A stretch of 64,000 nt of DNA. Source: Auanema rhodensis. Its lineage: Eukaryota > Animalia > Nematoda. Location of the stretch: NCBI GenBank assembly GCA_964057225.1, contig OZ059898.1, forward strand, positions 7,688,001 through 7,752,000, in the 5' to 3' direction. The translations under genes were made by a program, and so were the position numbers. Shown here one piece after another: positions 14,681 to 26,184 of the stretch. Each line of letters starts with the position of its first letter. The stretch's first letter is position 1. Below the pieces are notes generated by a model. It was not told where the DNA came from and did not search any database. It worked only from the letters and a program-made list of their open reading frames with translations.

Positions 14681-15394
14681 TTAATTTCGACGATAACTCC
14701 AAATACAGCCTGCCAAGCATAGCAAGAGACATATAAAGGCGAAACATCCACCAATTACAAGGAAAACACTGAAAGTTTCAACATTAGCAATGAAATTGAT
14801 GAGCAACCCTCACATAACCCAAGTTTCCAGTTGGATACAGCATTCCATTTGATTATATGGACAACATGTCCAATGATGAAAGATACTATCAGTTCCACAA
14901 AATCCTCCACCACTGAATAAATAGTTAGGAATAACATGAAATTTCTTAATATACTCATTTATGTTGTTTTGTATTGTTTTCTCATATGAATTTCAGATGA
15001 ATCTCAAAACTTTTTTGAAGTTAATCTAAAGTCTCAGAGCTCCTGCTAAAACACTAAAGAGTTGTGAAAAGTAACCAAAGTTCGTTAAATATACATCAAA
15101 GCTTTAGAATTTCCAAAGATTTTTAATCAAAACTATTTTTATAGCTGAGAGTTGTAGAAAACATTTTAAAGGGCAAAGGTATTTTCTATTAAAAAACCAA
15201 AAATGATAGATTTTACAACTGATTTAAAAGTTATTCGAATATATTTCAGTTAGTTACCCATATCCTCCATAGCCTCCACCGCCAACCATTCCAAGAACTG
15301 AATACAGTCCTCCTCGACAACCGAACATTGATTCAACTATTTGACTCATGACTGATACGAGGAAGAACTGAAGAAATCGAGTAACATTAACCAT
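14681..15394 (-). CDS. Small (~108 aa) single-pass protein: signal peptide, Gly-rich linker, Cys-rich module, TM
   Basis: Not in the ORF track. Three phase-consistent exons give MVNVTRFLQFFLVSVMSQIVESMFGCRGGLYSVLGMVGGGGYGGYG/GGGFCGTDSIFHHWTCCPYNQMECCIQLETWV/IVFLVIGGCFAFICLLLCLAGCIWSYRRN*, with canonical GT-AG sites. Confidence 0.8.
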
Positions 15395-16348
15395 CCGTAT
15401 ATGTAATCTAAATATTTCCCAAATAAAATATTATGAAAATCAAAAAAATTATTGGATTCTAAACAATATGTACAATATAATTTAAAATGAAAATGAAAAA
15501 AAAAATAGTTTACACGAATATTTTCTCAGAATCTTATACAGTTTCACGATGTTATGGCTTCTAGAATATACAGTAATAGCCATGAACTTAGATGAAAACT
15601 GAATCATTGTGATCCATACGATGTCTATACCTTTATTTGTTTGTCTAAATATGATTGTGCAGCAGTAACACAGACAATTCACGTCGCTTCCTTTCTCAAA
15701 ACTATTTTTCAAGAGACACGATTTCTAGAGTACAATTTGTACAATTGCCGGAGGGTAGAAAGAGTAATAGTACTACTATTTAATAATTTTATAAGAGCTT
15801 TGTAATGTAATATGAAGTTGAGAAAAGTAGAAATTCTATATAAATGGTTCAAATCAATATAGATTATATATAATAATTGAATTATATTATAAGATAAATT
15901 AATAATTTATAAAAAAAATAATTAAATGAAACATAGTTTGATAAGAGAGTAAGATGAGAAGTAAGATGACAAGTTTTAAGTATAGTTCGACTTTGAGAAC
16001 TATTCTGCAAATACAAATGAAATGGTATGCCTTGAGGCAATCAACCATGAATGACCAATACAAAATCGTCAAAATGCTTGTGATCTCGAAAAGCAATCAA
16101 AGAATGTCTTGTTATCCAACCATAAATTTCTATTGTGTGAACATTTGTTATTATATTGATAATATTGAAAATATTGTATAATCATCATATTCGTCAGAAT
16201 GTGAGAATAAAAAATATTTTAGCTTCATTCAAATATTAAATATTTGTAACTTCTGACATTGAACTCTTGTATATAAATCAATATTAAAAAATAAACAACA
16301 ATTTTCTTTCTAAGAAACTGTGCTTTTCTAAAATTCTTTTATATTTTC

Positions 16349-16750
16349 AACGAATCGTTACCGAACTATACTATATGTACATGTATTGTCGAAATAAGTA
16401 TTTATATCGTCTGTATCTCGACATCTATACATTTCCTGGGTATTCGATCGTTCGATTAATGTATTTCCTTTCTTGTGAAGAGCGTGTCTGGTTACTTAAT
16501 GTCTCGTTCTTGAAGAGATCTTTGTTGCCACAACTGTTAACGGACAGTGAACCGTGGTTGTAACAAAGCTTATTAACTCGGCACACAGTCTTCCTGAGTC
16601 GTTTTGTTCTGCACAGAATAGACTCGCCCTTTTTGGGATAAGTTCGGAACCAAAGTAGAACTTATCTACTAATCCTATTTTCCCGCCATAGGATCACACT
16701 TTTTTGTACCTCGGTCACGACATGCATATAGCTAGGATAGGCGATTCGTT
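16349..16750 (+). ncRNA. Unclassified highly structured RNA-like element (~400 nt)
   Basis: The 5' and 3' ends pair (16349-59 with 16740-50; 16371-84 with 16720-31) and enclose at least 7 local hairpins. About 8 G-U pairs form on the + strand. No credible spliced ORF. Confidence 0.55.
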
Positions 16751-16975
16751 CAAGCTTTAAAAATTTTGATCTAGCTATTTCTCGAAGTTTCCTCGTTAAT
16801 TTTATGTTTTCATTTCAAAGATCTCTTATAACTAATACAAAGTTTTATTAAAGAGAAAAGTTATAAAAATAAATAGAAGTGAATATAACAGAAAGATTTC
16901 ATGAACAAGGACTAGAGCGTCACAAGGAGGCTGTTTTTTTATTGTTTCTTACCATTATTTATTTTGTGTATAAAT

Positions 16976-17944
16976 TCAAGCTTTGATTTTCTGAGCAGTA
17001 ATGGAGAGCAATCCACGTGCGGTCAGATGACTCTTTACAGTAGTGACGTCAACATCTCTTGGTAGCTTGTATGTGCGATGAATTTCACGCGCAATAGAGC
17101 CATGCTCATCAGATCGAGACTGTAACTTAGGTATTTGTTTTATTTACTGAATTAAGTTCGAGAAAAACAAAAAAGTTATCATTTCTGTGGTTCCAGTGGA
17201 AGGTACCGACAGAAAATCCAAAATAATTTATATTCACCTCATGTCTGCAATGGATGTGAAGTTCCTGTCCGTTTACCTTGACTTCAATTTCATTTGGTGA
17301 GAAAAATTGGACATCGAGTTTAACTTCAAACTTATCTCCTGTACATTGAACCTAAAAAATTGTTTGCTTAATACTAAGTTAGTTATTTACTGTTCTATTT
17401 CGAGGTTACAGATATTCTTTTTTTCTGTAATATTGTCAATATTTAATGAAATTTCGTTTAGCAAAATATCTGCTTATCTTTTTCGAAGTGGGAAAAATGA
17501 TTTCGGATTTTCAAAGTGGTCTGCGAAGACTAACTTCAAAGCAATTGAGTTGTGTTATATTTCAACTTGACTTGCTATGATTCTTATAGATAAAACAACA
17601 AGTAGAAGAGGAACTCACTTAAGAGTTCAATAAATTAAGTGTTTAAAACTTGTCATCTTTTTGTGAACACCTTTAACAATAAGTTAACACGTGTCCTAGA
17701 CGAAAAGAAGAGGAACTGAGCACTAGGTCAGCTGTAGTGCGCTTTACACTCTACACTACTTCCCCAAGTATATGAACGGTTAAACAAAAGCCTTTGAAAA
17801 CAGATAGGACAGATTTAGATGAAACATCAAAGACTTTCAGGCTTTTACATAAAATATAAGAGTACATACTTGAACAACTCCATCATGAGACTGAAGTGGC
17901 CAATCCCAGGTGGTGCTGTCGTGGGTGATAGCAATAGTGGACAT
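16976..17944 (-). CDS. hsp-12.2: Small heat-shock protein (alpha-crystallin domain)
   Basis: MSTIAITHDSTTWDWPLQSHDGVVQ/V...FEVKLDVQFFSPNEIEVKV.../SRSDEHGSIAREIHRTYKLPRDVDVTTVKSHLTARGLLSITAQKIKA*. Confidence 0.92.
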
Positions 17945-19159
17945 CTGGAACAAATTTAAGTAAAGATGGTATTTCACTACAAAACGTATAATTGCATCAA
18001 GAATACATTATATTAAAATGGATTCAGAAAAGAAAATATCGAAATATAGAAAAGCTGAGAAGTCTAGCTTGTTTTCTATAAATCGAGTGTTATATTCTAT
18101 TTGATTTTTTCGAACATTTTGAGAAAAATACAGAGAAAACAAAATAAAAGTTGATATTATAAGATATTATTGTAATTATTGGAAAGAAAGGGATCGAAAG
18201 GATTGACGAGGTTGAATAGCACTTCTATCTGCACAGCTTTACAGCTAAACTGGCGGACAGAAGTCAGCTATATGAGGCTGATGGGCGGAGTTCGCGGAGG
18301 ATAAGAATAAATCGAGAGTCTTGAGAAGCTTCTATATTTCTTAAATAGATGAAGATTTGTAAAGACACGTAGGGAAAGGAAAACAGAGGTACGAGAGCAA
18401 ATGAATGCCTTAGATCAACAAAATCTGAGTTTGAAATTTTTTCGGAGGGAAAATCTAAAAGTTGTTGAAACACTTCTTTCAACAGATATATAAGAAACAT
18501 TTGTGCGTTTAAGCTCGATGCACAGTATGTTTATTCATATGACATTAGACAGTGTAATAGGAGTCCTAAGTATCAATTGTTCGACGGCAATTCGAAAACA
18601 AAAACGCTGTTGGAAGTGGACAAATCATCAACAAAAATCGTATTAATAAAGGTTTATAAACCCTTAGAAATATTTCGGTATAGAATCTGAAGTAAATTTT
18701 AATGTTGATCTATAATCCATTAGCTTTCATAGTCGTATCGTAATCTTTACGCTACATCTCTTTGATTAGTCTTTTCTGTAGACAGAAGTTGAAGGATACC
18801 TCTAACCGTTCATATTGAATCTCTTCAAACGATAAACAAACACTCGACCAAATCGGATAAAGGATGTCTATAGTTTCTAGAAAAGTTCACATTTTCTACA
18901 GACCTCAAGTACGAGAAATAGGGCATAATTTTTATATTGCTGTAAGCACTGGTAAAAACACCATAATTCACACATGTGATGTTTTTTTTCACACGGTAAA
19001 CATATGGCACAAGTACAATAACAGTATAGTTTCCCGTTTTAATGACCCCCATCTTATAAATGATGAACTCTATTTGAGGTAACAGATGACACTATAATCC
19101 TTTCTCGTCAAGAGCATGCCAAGTTTTATTTATAGTTTGCCATGATTTGAATGAAAATT

Positions 19160-19169
19160 GCGCGCGAAA
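19160..19169 (-). promoter_or_regulatory. E2F/EFL-1-like site (TTTCGCGC) with a nearby TTCAAA (CHR-like) element
   Basis: GCGCGCGAAA in otherwise very AT-rich DNA, with TTTGAA at 19146-19151. Lies about 520 nt upstream of the orphan gene at 19682. Confidence 0.35.
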
Positions 19170-19681
19170 TTTAAGATTTGCTAAGTTATTTAAATAATTT
19201 CTTTTATTAGCTTTCTTCAAATATCATTTTCAATTGCTCATACGAAGTAGTTGCATTTTTGAAAATTTTCACAATTATTATAATTTTTTTTAGTATTAGT
19301 AATTTTTTTTTAAATCATAATCTTTTTTAAATCATTTGAAAGTTATTTTTTTAATACATTTATCAATTTGATGGTAAATCTAGAATACCTTAACAATTTA
19401 AAATTTATTTATTTTTGTTTTATTTATCTCAGCAAGGCCTCCTTTTTGATGTTTTATTACTGGGTGCCTGCTGTGATGTTTTCCCATTACTTTTTTGTAC
19501 ATGTTAATTACCTGGCCTTACGTCTGGACGCCACATTCACTTTAGCGATGATGAACTAAGATTAAATGTGGTTATTTAGGATTAAGATTATTAATCTATT
19601 CCACCACTTATTTTTTCATATTATTTCTACAGTTATTTCTTTTTATAAGATTAAATTGAGCCGGTTTTTAGCTATAGCGAC

Positions 19682-20861
19682 ATGGGAAGAAAGAAGAGAG
19701 CTAAGAAGGTTAATCAGTCAGATGAGAAAGAAGAATTATGTGGAGAAACTGTCCGTGAGATTCAAGCCATTTATGATCCTTTGATAGTCCAAGCTCTAAA
19801 AGAATTAGAGCACATTGATTCTACAGTCCCTAGCTGCCGATTTTTCAATAAGTCTTATAGGATTGATTATATGGTCAATGACTTTAAAACTCAATTAAAT
19901 GGAGAAGTTGTATCAGCCTCGGTATATTTACTGTCGGTTATTATTGTTTTTACTTTGTCAATTCAGGTAAATTGGGTTCCCAGTTACATGGAAGTGGAAG
20001 ATATATCGCCGTACCTACTTAGTCAATATGTACTTGGATACAAAGTAAATCACCTAGTTTTTCGTCGACAAGATAGAGTCAAGCGTAGGCCTGTGGTACG
20101 TACAGCTTATATTTTTATTTTGAAAACCTTTATATCTTAGGTGAAGCCATTTGCTGTATTATGTAACAGCGAAGAATCAAAAGTATGGATTCCTTGAAAA
20201 AAATTTTTATATAAATTATTTTGCAGCTCGTTCCTTTAAATGACTTAGAGTCCTTGTATAATCGATCTCTTTTGCGATATTTTAGCTCCAAGAGTTATGT
20301 CATTGGGTCGCATGCTGTAAGACATCTTGTACCCCTGGCTAACCATGTGTTTGTTAATGCTAGAGGCAAAACGGTTAGAAGGAAGAAGAGTCAGACAGTG
20401 TTATAATTCATTTTTAGAAGCAATTTGGAAAACTTCCATATAAACGGCAGAGAACCAAGGCACCACAAGTATTAAGAGCAGTGAGGTATTCGAGCTGTTT
20501 TTTCAATTCTCAAATGCATCAGGTTTACAACAGTACATCACTATCTTCTATTGACAAATATGCAGCATGCCCTATGAACAATAAAGTACATTCCTATAGC
20601 TATATCAATATTAAAGTGTTTCTTTCAGTCAGAGAAACAGCATGTATCTCGAAAGATTGATGAATCTGGAATGAAATCGGAGGTGACTTCTCCAAAGAAA
20701 ATGGAAGAAAGCTCTATGGTAGGTTTCATTTTCTTATCTTCTAAGTTGAAAATTTTCTGAAGGCGAATCAAGAGAACGTTCCTGAATCTGAAGATGTGAA
20801 GCCCTTCAAAAGAATTAGGCTCACTAGAAATATCCCCAGGCCTGTATTTTATGGGCGATAG
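19682..20861 (+). CDS. Uncharacterised protein, probably nuclear, possibly divergent chromo plus chromo-shadow-like
   Basis: TTTTTAG acceptor, then MGRKKRAKK (NLS-like). Multi-exon ORF ending KPFKRIRLTRNIPRPVFYGR*, followed by AATAAA at about 20931. Confidence 0.75.
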
Positions 20862-21175
20862 TCGTTTGTTCTGTGTTCTCAGAATCTGAATTTTTTTTTC
20901 TCAGGAATCTGTATCATTCATTACTTACGCAATAAATAATTTATTACTGCACATTTCAATTGCAAATTTATACACGTACATGATATGAGAAAAGAAAACA
21001 AAACTAGGCAAAAAACTTAAAGGGAAATTATCCACGATTAAGTGAAAAATTTGATGAATGCCATGTTAAATGTGATCTTTCCAAGTTCCAGAGAAAGAGG
21101 ACAGAGACGAATATTGAGAACATAATAGATCGCTAAGACGACTAAAATGAGCTAAACAGAGTATCTTATTTTAAA

Positions 21176-23381
21176 TTATAATTCGTCTTTCTTTTGGAAA
21201 GATTTAACTGCATTTTGTTTCATAAAATCAGTTAGATGATCCAAAGCACGGTTTCCATTGTATTTAATTGGCTCGGTCTAAAAATAAGATTATTAAATGT
21301 TTAAAGCGGTGTTAGATATCTTACTTTCTTTCCACTAGGAGCAAAGTAAATAGTTGGGAAACCTTCAACGTTATATCCAGCGGGAGCATCATTTGCTGTA
21401 GCATCGAATTTAGCCAAAATAAGATTTGGCTCTGTTTTTTTCAGCTTGGTAGCTAACTCTTTCAACTTTGGTTCAAAAGCCTGAATAAGAAAAAAATAAA
21501 TGTTTCTTCATGCTCAGATAGTATACCTTGCAATGTCCACACCATGGAGCATAGAATTCTATGAGAACATCCTTTGAGTCATCCATTACAATTTTGTCAA
21601 AGTTAGATCCAACTAAAGTCTTCACAGGTCCCTTATCATCCTTAGGCACTGGAGCAGATTTAACAAATGCTTTAGCTTGTCCAGAGCTAATCTTTTTCAT
21701 GAAAGCTTCAAGATTTTCATCCAATTCTCCATCATATATATCAGAATTCATTGGATACTTCTTTCCATCATAACCGAAGACAACAACGTTGTGCTCGAGT
21801 CCAGAGTCGCCGAGTCCAACTTCAGTTAACTCTTTAGAAAATTCCTCTTCGTCCGCTACAGCAAATCTATACTTGTCCTTCTGATACTATAAATATTATA
21901 GATTTAGTATTGTCAATTCTTACAATACTTTTAACCATACCTTTTGGGCAATATTAAGAACTTTTTGACGCCAGTACTCGCTACCCTCACGATATTGAAT
22001 ACTGAAGTCAGCATTGTAGTAAACTACAACAAGTGGGAATTTGCTATAACGAGTAGCAGCGTTAGATTTGGTCATTTTTCCTACAAGAGGAGCGGAATGA
22101 TCACGGAAGAAAGCCAAAAGATCCTCGGGAGTAGATCCAACCTAAGATGTATTATTGTAATTAAGCCAACAATGTATAAGTTACCTTGTTGTAGGTACGA
22201 GTTTTTGGTTCAAATTTACTGTGGAATAGAGCTGGATAAAAGATGATAATATCATTTGGCTTGGCATCATATTTCTTGAAGGATTTTGGATCAGATGTAT
22301 ATCCCATAGACTTGAACTCTTCACGGAGCATTTCAGCAGCATCACTGTAAGCCTCAAAGTTCGAAGAATCCTTGCTGGGAAAGAAGCCAACAATGGTGAT
22401 ATCTTCTTTGTCAAAGAATCTATAGTATTACGTTATGCATTTCACTTATTAATGAAAAATGTTTACTTTTCTATTTCTTTAATCGACTTCATTTCCTTAG
22501 CAGCAGGCTCCGCTTGCTTCAAAAGATACTGAACAATGCCATTGGCATCACGAGGTCCTTGGTATTCAAATCTAAAAACTGTATAATTAGCCGAGTGGGT
22601 TTGATATATTTTTTACCTTTTTCCTCCTCGCATTATTTTCATTGTTGGATATCCAGAAACTCCGTATTTATCTCCTAATTTCTTTTCAACAGTAGCATCA
22701 ACCTTGTAAATCTTGATATTTGTTCCCTTATTTTTCAAGGTACGGGCAGCTTTTTCAAGCTCAGGAGCCAATTTTTTACAATGTCCACACCATGGAGCAT
22801 AGAATTCAACAAGAGCGAGAGCGTCCTCGGCAATCACGGAATCGAAGTTTTCCACAGTCAAAGCCATAACCTCCTCAGGTGGTGGCTTGTAGTTAGGATC
22901 AACTCTTGGACTGACCCAGTCAATAATTCCTTGCTCATCACGACCACCATCGTAATCAATTGGACCTTCGCCATCCTTCCAGAACTTAACTGTTGGGTAT
23001 CCCTGCAATACAACTATAAGCAAAATAACAAAAAAGGGCTTTAACCTCAATCTTGAACCTTTTGCCCAATTCCGTTTCAATCGTGGCATCAACTTTGGCT
23101 AGTGGAATTGAAAGCTTACCAGCAGCTTTTTCGTATTCGGGTGCTAAGTGTTTACAATGACCACACCTATATTGTATAAATATTATTCAGATTCAAATAA
23201 AACTTGCATACCACGGAGCATAAAACTTCACCAGAGCAGTAGGGTTCTTTTTGAGAAATGAATCGAAATTCTTATCGGTTAGAATAACAACACCCTCATC
23301 CAACTCATATTGCAGCTCTTCTTCTTCTGCTCGTGACACTGCCACCAAGAACCATAGATAGGCAAGAAATTGCCACCGCAT
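21176..23381 (-). CDS. pdi-4: Protein disulfide isomerase A4 / ERp72 (C14B9.2-like)
   Basis: Signal peptide, three [10 protein letters not shown] thioredoxin sites, C-terminal KDEL*. Confidence 0.96.
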
Positions 23382-23781
23382 ACTTACCTAGAAGAGGAAT
23401 AACCAAATAATTGTTTCAGAAACTTCAACAGAAGTACTACCACGATGAACAAAACCCAAAATCGATGAAATACATCATTTTACAAAATATTATTTGAACA
23501 CCAAAAACCCGTAGACTGGTAATGTTTACGCTAGATCTAGTCACAGCCTCGTGAGATGGTACACTCGATTTCAAGGTCTACTCTTTGTATAGAGTTTTCT
23601 TGCAAAGTTTTAAAAATTAACGAAATTCGGCTAATAAAAAAGTCAAAGACGTTCGTAACAAATAGTAATGTATTGTTAAAAAAATATAGTTTGATTTAGA
23701 GAAAATCGGAGATCATTAATTCAGATGATTGAGACGACGCTAATCAGTCCCACATGGTAAACTGCCACCATGGATTCATGC

Positions 23782-23789
23782 TGACGTGT
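23782..23789. promoter_or_regulatory. UPRE-like XBP-1/ATF6 element TGACGTGT upstream of pdi-4
   Basis: CTGACGTGT about 400 nt upstream of the ATG of an ER foldase. Matches the TGACGTG core. Confidence 0.45.
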
Positions 23790-24777
23790 ATCATCGTATG
23801 GTTGCACTACCCAAACAAGCAGCAGAGCACTGTCTGTTGATTTAAAAAGTTTTTGAAATGTTTCAGATACTTTAAAAAAATTATTAAATAGAAAAATGAT
23901 TTGACAATCTACGTAATACTATTTTGGGTAGTGGATTCGAGTTTTCAATTTCAATTGGAAAATAAGAGTAGGATGAAACTTTGAAACAAGAGTTTTCGGT
24001 ACAATTGGAAGTCTCAATTTTTACAAAAGCTGAATAGGCTGATGAGACAACCACAAGGAGTGCAGAAAGAAGGAATGGGAGAATAAACGACTCAGCTATG
24101 GACTAAGTTTGCCGAAGACCTATCCAAAGTCTATTTGAATTTCAGAGGGTCACGGAATGGCACCGACGGCTCGCCAAACAGAACGTCAGGCATTGTATAC
24201 AGTGGACTATTTACTTATTAGATGACCTGCCGACCTAAAGAATTGCAAGCAAAGGAGTGCAAAAAGGATATATGATTTGTTTCCAGAAATACCAACATGA
24301 AGAAAGAAAGAAAACGAAATTTGCCAAAGAAAATATCTTAAACACTGGATCCATCGTTAGAAATGAAAAGTTATTCAAATCAATCGAAAAATCATTTCAA
24401 AGAAAAAAGTAAAAATCGAAATTTTAAAAAAGCAGACATTAAAATAATATTAAAAACCATTGTAAAACGAAATGCGTGGGGTAAAAATGATCTATACATG
24501 TGAAAAGGACTCAAGACGTTAGAGCTTAATGAGAGCTAAAGACTACTGAGGAATATTTTTTCTTTACTAAGAATACTCGAAAGAAAAGCCGGGATAATTC
24601 TTTATTTGCTTGACCTAATATTATTGGCTCAATAAGTCTAATGGCATCTCATAATTTTTCTCAATTCCCAAGTATGAACAGTCTTTAAACGATTGTGGAA
24701 CAAAAATAACACTAATAGCTTCAAAGTTTATTCTAAAGCCTGAATATACTATCTAGAGTCGCTCAAATATGACCAAG

Positions 24778-25026
24778 TTACTCAATGGACTTCTTAACAT
24801 CTTTCCATTGCTTTCCAGCGTTAACCTGAAAGACAAAATCTTAAGATAAATTTTCAACGATTTACATATATAGAAGAAAAGAGTAAACTATACTTACAGC
24901 ATCCCAGTATCCATCAGTGATGGTATTGAATGTGTAGTTCATTGCATAAGCTCCGAAAGCGGTTGCAAGGAACAGGGTAGAAAAACGACGTCCAACCGCG
25001 TTATAAAAGGTAGCACCCAGAGACAT
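24778..25026 (-). CDS. Cytochrome b-c1 complex subunit 9 (UQCR10/QCR9; C14B9.10-like)
   Basis: MSLGATFYNAVGRRFSTLFLATAFGAYAMNYTFNTITDGYWDA/VNAGKQWKDVKKSIE*, with the N.GK.WKD motif. Confidence 0.9.
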
Positions 25027-25489
25027 TCTAAAGTATAACAGATTATATTTACTTTTACATGATAATGAAGATGATACAAATATAAACAATAATAATATAT
25101 ATAAAAGAAATTCATGAATTGGCAAGGCTCCAAGCAACCGCCCGCAAGTATACTGTATTTTTGCTTATATTCGTCTCACATGGAAAAACCGGAAAATAAA
25201 TTAGGCTAGTCCTTTAAGGTTCTCATTTTAGCAGAATCGCAGTTTTCCCAAATTTTTTGGGTTATATTTTTAAATTTTTGTCTTCTTTACTATATAATAG
25301 GTTATTTTTTCTCAAAATGATAAAATATTTTGGTCTAACAAAGTAGTATTTGAAGTGTTTTCTGTGATTTTCACGATCTGGTATACATTATAATTGATTT
25401 TGAGTTATTGGAAATCTTCTATATTCATTTTATTGGCTTAGTCAAATTTGGTTGTTTATTTTTTGTTTTTTATAGGGTACCTTAGTAGG

Positions 25490-26057
25490 ATGACTAACTC
25501 AAAGGGTCTTAGACGCGGTACGCGTTATATGTTCGCTCGCGAATTCCGCAAGCACGGAGTTGAGCATCTTTCCACCTATTACCGCTCATACAGACGCGGA
25601 GATATCGTTGATATCAAGACCAATGGAGCTTTCCAAAAGGGTATGCCATTCAAGGCTTACCACGGAAAGACCGGACGTGTCTTCAACGTCACCAGAGGAG
25701 CTCTTGGAGTAATCGTCAACAAGCGCGTCAAGTAAGTATTTTGTTAAAGTGAATTTAATTTTAATTTTTTTTTCAGGGGAAAGATCCTCCCAAAGAGAAT
25801 CAACATCCGTGTCGAGCACATCAAGCCATCTACCTGCCGTACTGACTTCCTTAACCGTGTTAAGGATAATGATGTCAAGAGGTAAATAAGTTTGATATAT
25901 CGATTTCATTTGGTTTTTTTTTAGAAAGGAAGCTAAGGCCGCTGGAAAGCCAGTTCCTCAATTGAAGCGTCTCCCAGTTCCACCACGTGCTGCCCACATC
26001 GTAAACGCTTCCGAGATTGAGACTCTTGCTCCTCTCCGCTACGAAATCGTAGCTTAA
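25490..26057 (+). CDS. rpl-21: 60S ribosomal protein L21 (eL21)
   Basis: [23 protein letters not shown]...[18 protein letters not shown]...APLRYEIVA*. Three exons. Confidence 0.98.
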
Positions 26058-26184
26058 ATTGTTATTGTTTATAAATTGTTATAAAAAATAACTTGTTTTT
26101 GTTAACTGTTCTGGTCGGTTTGTAATATTTTTAGTGGGGAGCAATGCATTAAAAAGCTTATTTTTAAGTATGGCAGATAACTAG

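Noticed and set aside
18700-19143. Short ORFs on both strands (18825-19082)
   Set aside because: No consistent splice model or recognisable motif; could be UTR/promoter or a decayed gene.
24040-24270. GC-richer block with repeated AAGGAGTGCA and a 22-codon ORF
   Set aside because: Too short and without homology; probably pdi-4 upstream regulatory DNA.
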